A stretch of 64,000 bases of DNA from Felis catus (lineage: Eukaryota): positions 238,206,001 through 238,270,000 of the forward strand of contig NC_058368.1 in NCBI RefSeq assembly GCF_018350175.1. Reading direction: 5' to 3'. The notes beneath the pieces are model-generated. The model saw only the letters and a list, made by a program, of their open reading frames with translations, did not search any database and was not told where the DNA came from. Shown one piece after another: positions 60,371 through 64,000 of the stretch. Position numbers and translations under genes: made by a program. Every line of letters starts with the position of its first letter. The stretch's first letter is position 1.

Positions 60371-63300
60371 CCAGAAATCTTAATTGTGATGCCGGTTCAC
60401 AGCCGTACACGTTTGTTGAAACGCATCAAACCAGTAAATCTTATTTTATGTGAATTGTGTCTCAATAAAACCCAATGAAAAAAATACACCGCCTGCCCCT
60501 CTCCATCCTCAGCCCAAAGTCTCAAATCCAAGGCTACGTGTCGGTGGCGGGTGTCCACGATCGATTTGCAAGTTCTGCCAGAAAGGAAGTGTCTGGGGTT
60601 CCTCCCGGGGTGAGAACCGTGACCCGGCCTCAGCTGGTGCTCCTAGAGGTTGATCGTTCTAAAGCACGGTGCACTGGCTCCGTGGGCGCGGCAGAGGGGA
60701 GGTACCGTCTAGACGGACCTGGAACTCGCCACTCCGTGCACGTCCCCTGACCTTGCACGTTGCCACTGGCCATACGATCCCTTTTCCCTCCTCGGGGTTT
60801 TGTCCAAAGCCCCATAAGACCAGCACTGTGGGGTTGACACCCAAGCCTCAGCCCGTGGGTGAAGGGCCACAGGGGAATGACGCCCAGCCCACGGTCCTCA
60901 CGGTGCCTCCCATGTGGTTCACACGCACCGATGAGCCTTAGTTAACCCAATCCTTAAAGTGGAACTTCACCAAAGGTGATGGGAAAATGGCAGAAATAAA
61001 GCACATGAGATGCCCCACACCATAAATCCGAAGGGAAATGCAAATTAATGCAGAGGAGATACTATGTCATACCCACTGGCCTGTCCAGAAGTTAAAGTCT
61101 GGTAGCAGCAGGTGCTGACAAGCAAGGTGACCCAGGAGTAGCTGGATCTTTGGGCGCCTCTCCACTGCACCCCCCACCTCGCCCCTACCCGTGGGACTCA
61201 CATCCCAGACGTATCTGCTCACCTGTCCCCATCACCGGCTCCACTCTCAGGGGAACACGGCCCGCTGACGTCTCAAAGCCACCGAAGTCCCAGCAGGAAG
61301 GCTGACGGAGGCCACAGTCTGCAGGCTGCTTCCACCTTTGCTCGGAAGAAGAAAAGTAAACAGAAGCCAGGATGTTCTTGCATCCTGAGAAGTGCACAGA
61401 GGTTCACCCACAGAGGTGAAAACACACTGACAGGGTGCAACAGTCGTGCGTGCATGGAAAGGGACAAAGGGACCGGGGGACTGAATAGATTTGGGGAGAA
61501 ACTTCAGCAGGACCGGGATCGGTGTGGCTCCTCAGGAGAAGGAAAGCACGAAGGCTTCAGCGGGCGGCCTGGGGACCACCGCGTCCCGCCTGGGAAAGGG
61601 TCGGGTTACGGCCACACTCCGCGTGCTGCGGCGCGGTTTCTACCTGCCGCAAATAAGCAAGGTGAGGACAGAAGTTACAGAGAAGTGCGGGAAAGTATTT
61701 GCATCAGTTTGTGGTGGGAAAACCTCATCCCAAGATCCAGACTCCAGAAGTCAAAAGACGAGAAACACCGCGGGCTCGCTTTCGCAGGTGAAAGCCCGCA
61801 GCCCTGGGCCGTGAGGAGCCGGCCCCGAAAGCAGCCACTTGGCCCCAGGTGCTGGATGTCAGAGAACCCATTTTCCTTACGCTGCTTCCCAACGGCAGGG
61901 CAGGCCCTGTCTGCTCCAGGAACCAGATCTCCAAACACGGCTTCCCACGTAGCCTCTGGCTCCTGGTCAGGATGGAAGGAAAATTAGATCCCCTCCCTCC
62001 TGCCATGGAGAGGACACCCCATCGCCTTGGCTCTCTGTCCCCTGAGGGCCCCCCCAGGAGGGCCCCAGCAGTGGCCTGAGCTTCCCAAGTCCAGGGACAT
62101 GGTCAACACCGCTGGGGTGGCTCCCTCTGTGCCGGGCCCCAGGTCCTACCCGTCCTTGCTATCGCCTCTGAGGAGCACCACCCTGGGGGCCTGGGCCCGA
62201 AGGTCGGTCCGTGAGCTCTCCTTACAAGGGGTGGACAGTCCTCCCGCTGCCCTCTGCTCGGACCTCAACAGACTCCAGAACCAAAGGGAGATGTTGCCAT
62301 TCAGCACATTCCACGAAACGGGGCACGGACCCACCATGACACAACAGTGAAGGTCACAAGCACGCAAAAGGCATCGCACACCCTTAACGGAAAACAAGGT
62401 CCAAGAAAAACGGGCAGAAGGCACGGATCGGGAGTGTCCGAGAATCGGCACTGAAGCATGACCGAAGTCACTCCTGGTCAAGGAAGTGAGAATGACGAAA
62501 AGATGAAGCACGCATCTGCCCATCAGAGCTGCAGACCTTAGGAAGAGAACGCTCTCTGGTGAGGAGCACGGATTCCGGAGGCCGTGGGCGGTGGCACGTG
62601 TGCAGAGACCAAGCGAGCCACTTTTACGCAGAAGACACGTATCCTCCCTGACCCCGTGTTACGGCATCCTTAGTGAGATGCTTGCACAGAAAGAGGAATC
62701 CATAGGGCTGTTCCCAGAGCAGCGTCTGACACGGCGAAGAGCCGGAACAAGTTTGGCATCCTGCGGGGTACGTGGTCAGGTACAGGCAGCCACGAGGCCA
62801 CGGGAAGACAAACGACTGGGCCCTGAGCCACCGACACAAGCTGAGGCGTTATGTCTGAATATTAAATCTGGAAGAAAGCTCTACGACAGTGCATAAAGCA
62901 TGTTTTCGTTTACATGAACGTTAAACTCCTACAAACCTGGCCACATGTTTTCCCAAGTAAACGTACTTAGTAACCGTGTAATAAAAATTCTGGAGAAACA
63001 CACACCAAAGCAGAAATTATGGGAGAATGGGACGGGGTGGGGAGGGGACGGGTGGCCCACTGTTTTGGTGTAGGTTTTGCGTTTTGAGGAGTCAGGATCA
63101 TGTCTCGCTTTTATAACCGATCCCTACGAGAATCTAAAACTGCTCCCAGAAGAGAGTTTGAGCCTCACGGAGACCCTGACGGGGAATCACCCCGAGCACC
63201 TGCCAGCCCGCACCTCCTCTCCAGCCTGTGGATGCCGCTGCTTCCCCGGGGGGCTCCGTGGGTGGAGGGGGGACCCCCAGTCTGAGCTGGTTTCCAGGCT

Positions 63301-63479
63301 TCCAGGCCTTCCACCCTGCCTGAACCTGCACGCGCCCTCTGCTCCCGCCCTGCAGGACGGCCTCCTGTTTGTGATCACTGTGCGAGGCAGCTCCCCACCC
63401 TTCTCGCGGCCCCTCTCCCGGGGGGCCGCAGGGCCCACGAAATACTGTCACCCACGTGCAGGCACTGCTGCTTTAGTAC

Positions 63480-63985
63480 TGAGTTCTGAATGACGTACAG
63501 TGGCTTAGTGTTACGTGCACAACGTGATGGCTCGTTTGTACATTTTGGAAGTGTTGGCGATCGGCGTCCGGCACCACACGTACCCGGAGACCTGGTGTGT
63601 GTGTGGCGAGAACTCCTACGACCTACTTCTCAGCAACTTTCAAGGGTGAAATACGGCGTCGTTAACTGTGGTCGCCGTGCATACGTTAATACCCAGGACC
63701 CGCCTCCTGTAAACCGGAAGTTGGCGGTGCTAGACGCCCCCTCGCCCACTTCACCGCCCCCGCCCCCGCCTCGGGCCCCCCAGTCCCGCTCCGGGTTTTG
63801 TTCTCTACACTCCACGCCTAAGAGGGGATCGGTATTTGTCTCTCCCCGACTCACGGATCTCACAGAGCACACTGCCTGCCCTCTGGCTCCATCCATGTCG
63901 TGGCAAGTGACAAGATGTCCTTCTCTTTCGTGGCTGAGTAGTCTTCCCCGGGGTAGACACCCCATCTTTGCGCATTTGTGGCTCC
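63480..63985 (-). mobile_element. LINE-1 3'UTR fragment (L1MA9/carnivore-like), GC-shifted
   Basis: CTACTTCTCAGCAACTTTCAA...GTTAACTGTGGTCGCCGTGC...GGTATTTGTCTCTC...TCCATCCATGTCGTGGCAAGTGACAAGAT...GTGGCTGAGTAGT. Confidence 0.8.
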
Positions 63986-64000
63986 CTCCCTTGGGCCGCC

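Overview
GC-rich mammalian genomic DNA, almost certainly felid, judging by several Felidae-type Can-SINEs. Two protein-coding genes are supported, arranged head-to-head about 1.8 kb apart (ATG to ATG). NDUFS6 is on the minus strand: 4 coding exons, CDS 52055 to 44756, 125 aa, all introns GT-AG, zinc-finger ligands intact. MRPL36 is on the plus strand: one coding exon, 53828-54130, 100 aa. The first ~44 kb contains no recognisable gene. By human synteny (recalled, not visible here) it is the interval towards IRX4. It holds SINEs, old L1/MaLR/hAT fragments, two minisatellites and several AT-rich, homeodomain-motif-rich islands that may be enhancers. Nearly all ORFs in the track are artefacts of high GC content or repeats. 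I see no evidence for a new multi-gene system. The most unusual observations are: (1) an imperfect inverted repeat linking the MRPL36 3'UTR to a site 1 kb downstream, with G-U-compatible mismatches; (2) strong, patchy A/T-to-G/C drift of old transposons, possibly creating an intronic CpG island; (3) a 31-bp minisatellite with one ETS site per unit; (4) a cryptic ~37-bp TGACATCA array; (5) a 58-bp minisatellite with higher-order structure. Repeat subfamily names and consensus comparisons are from memory, and repeat boundaries without target-site duplications are approximate.
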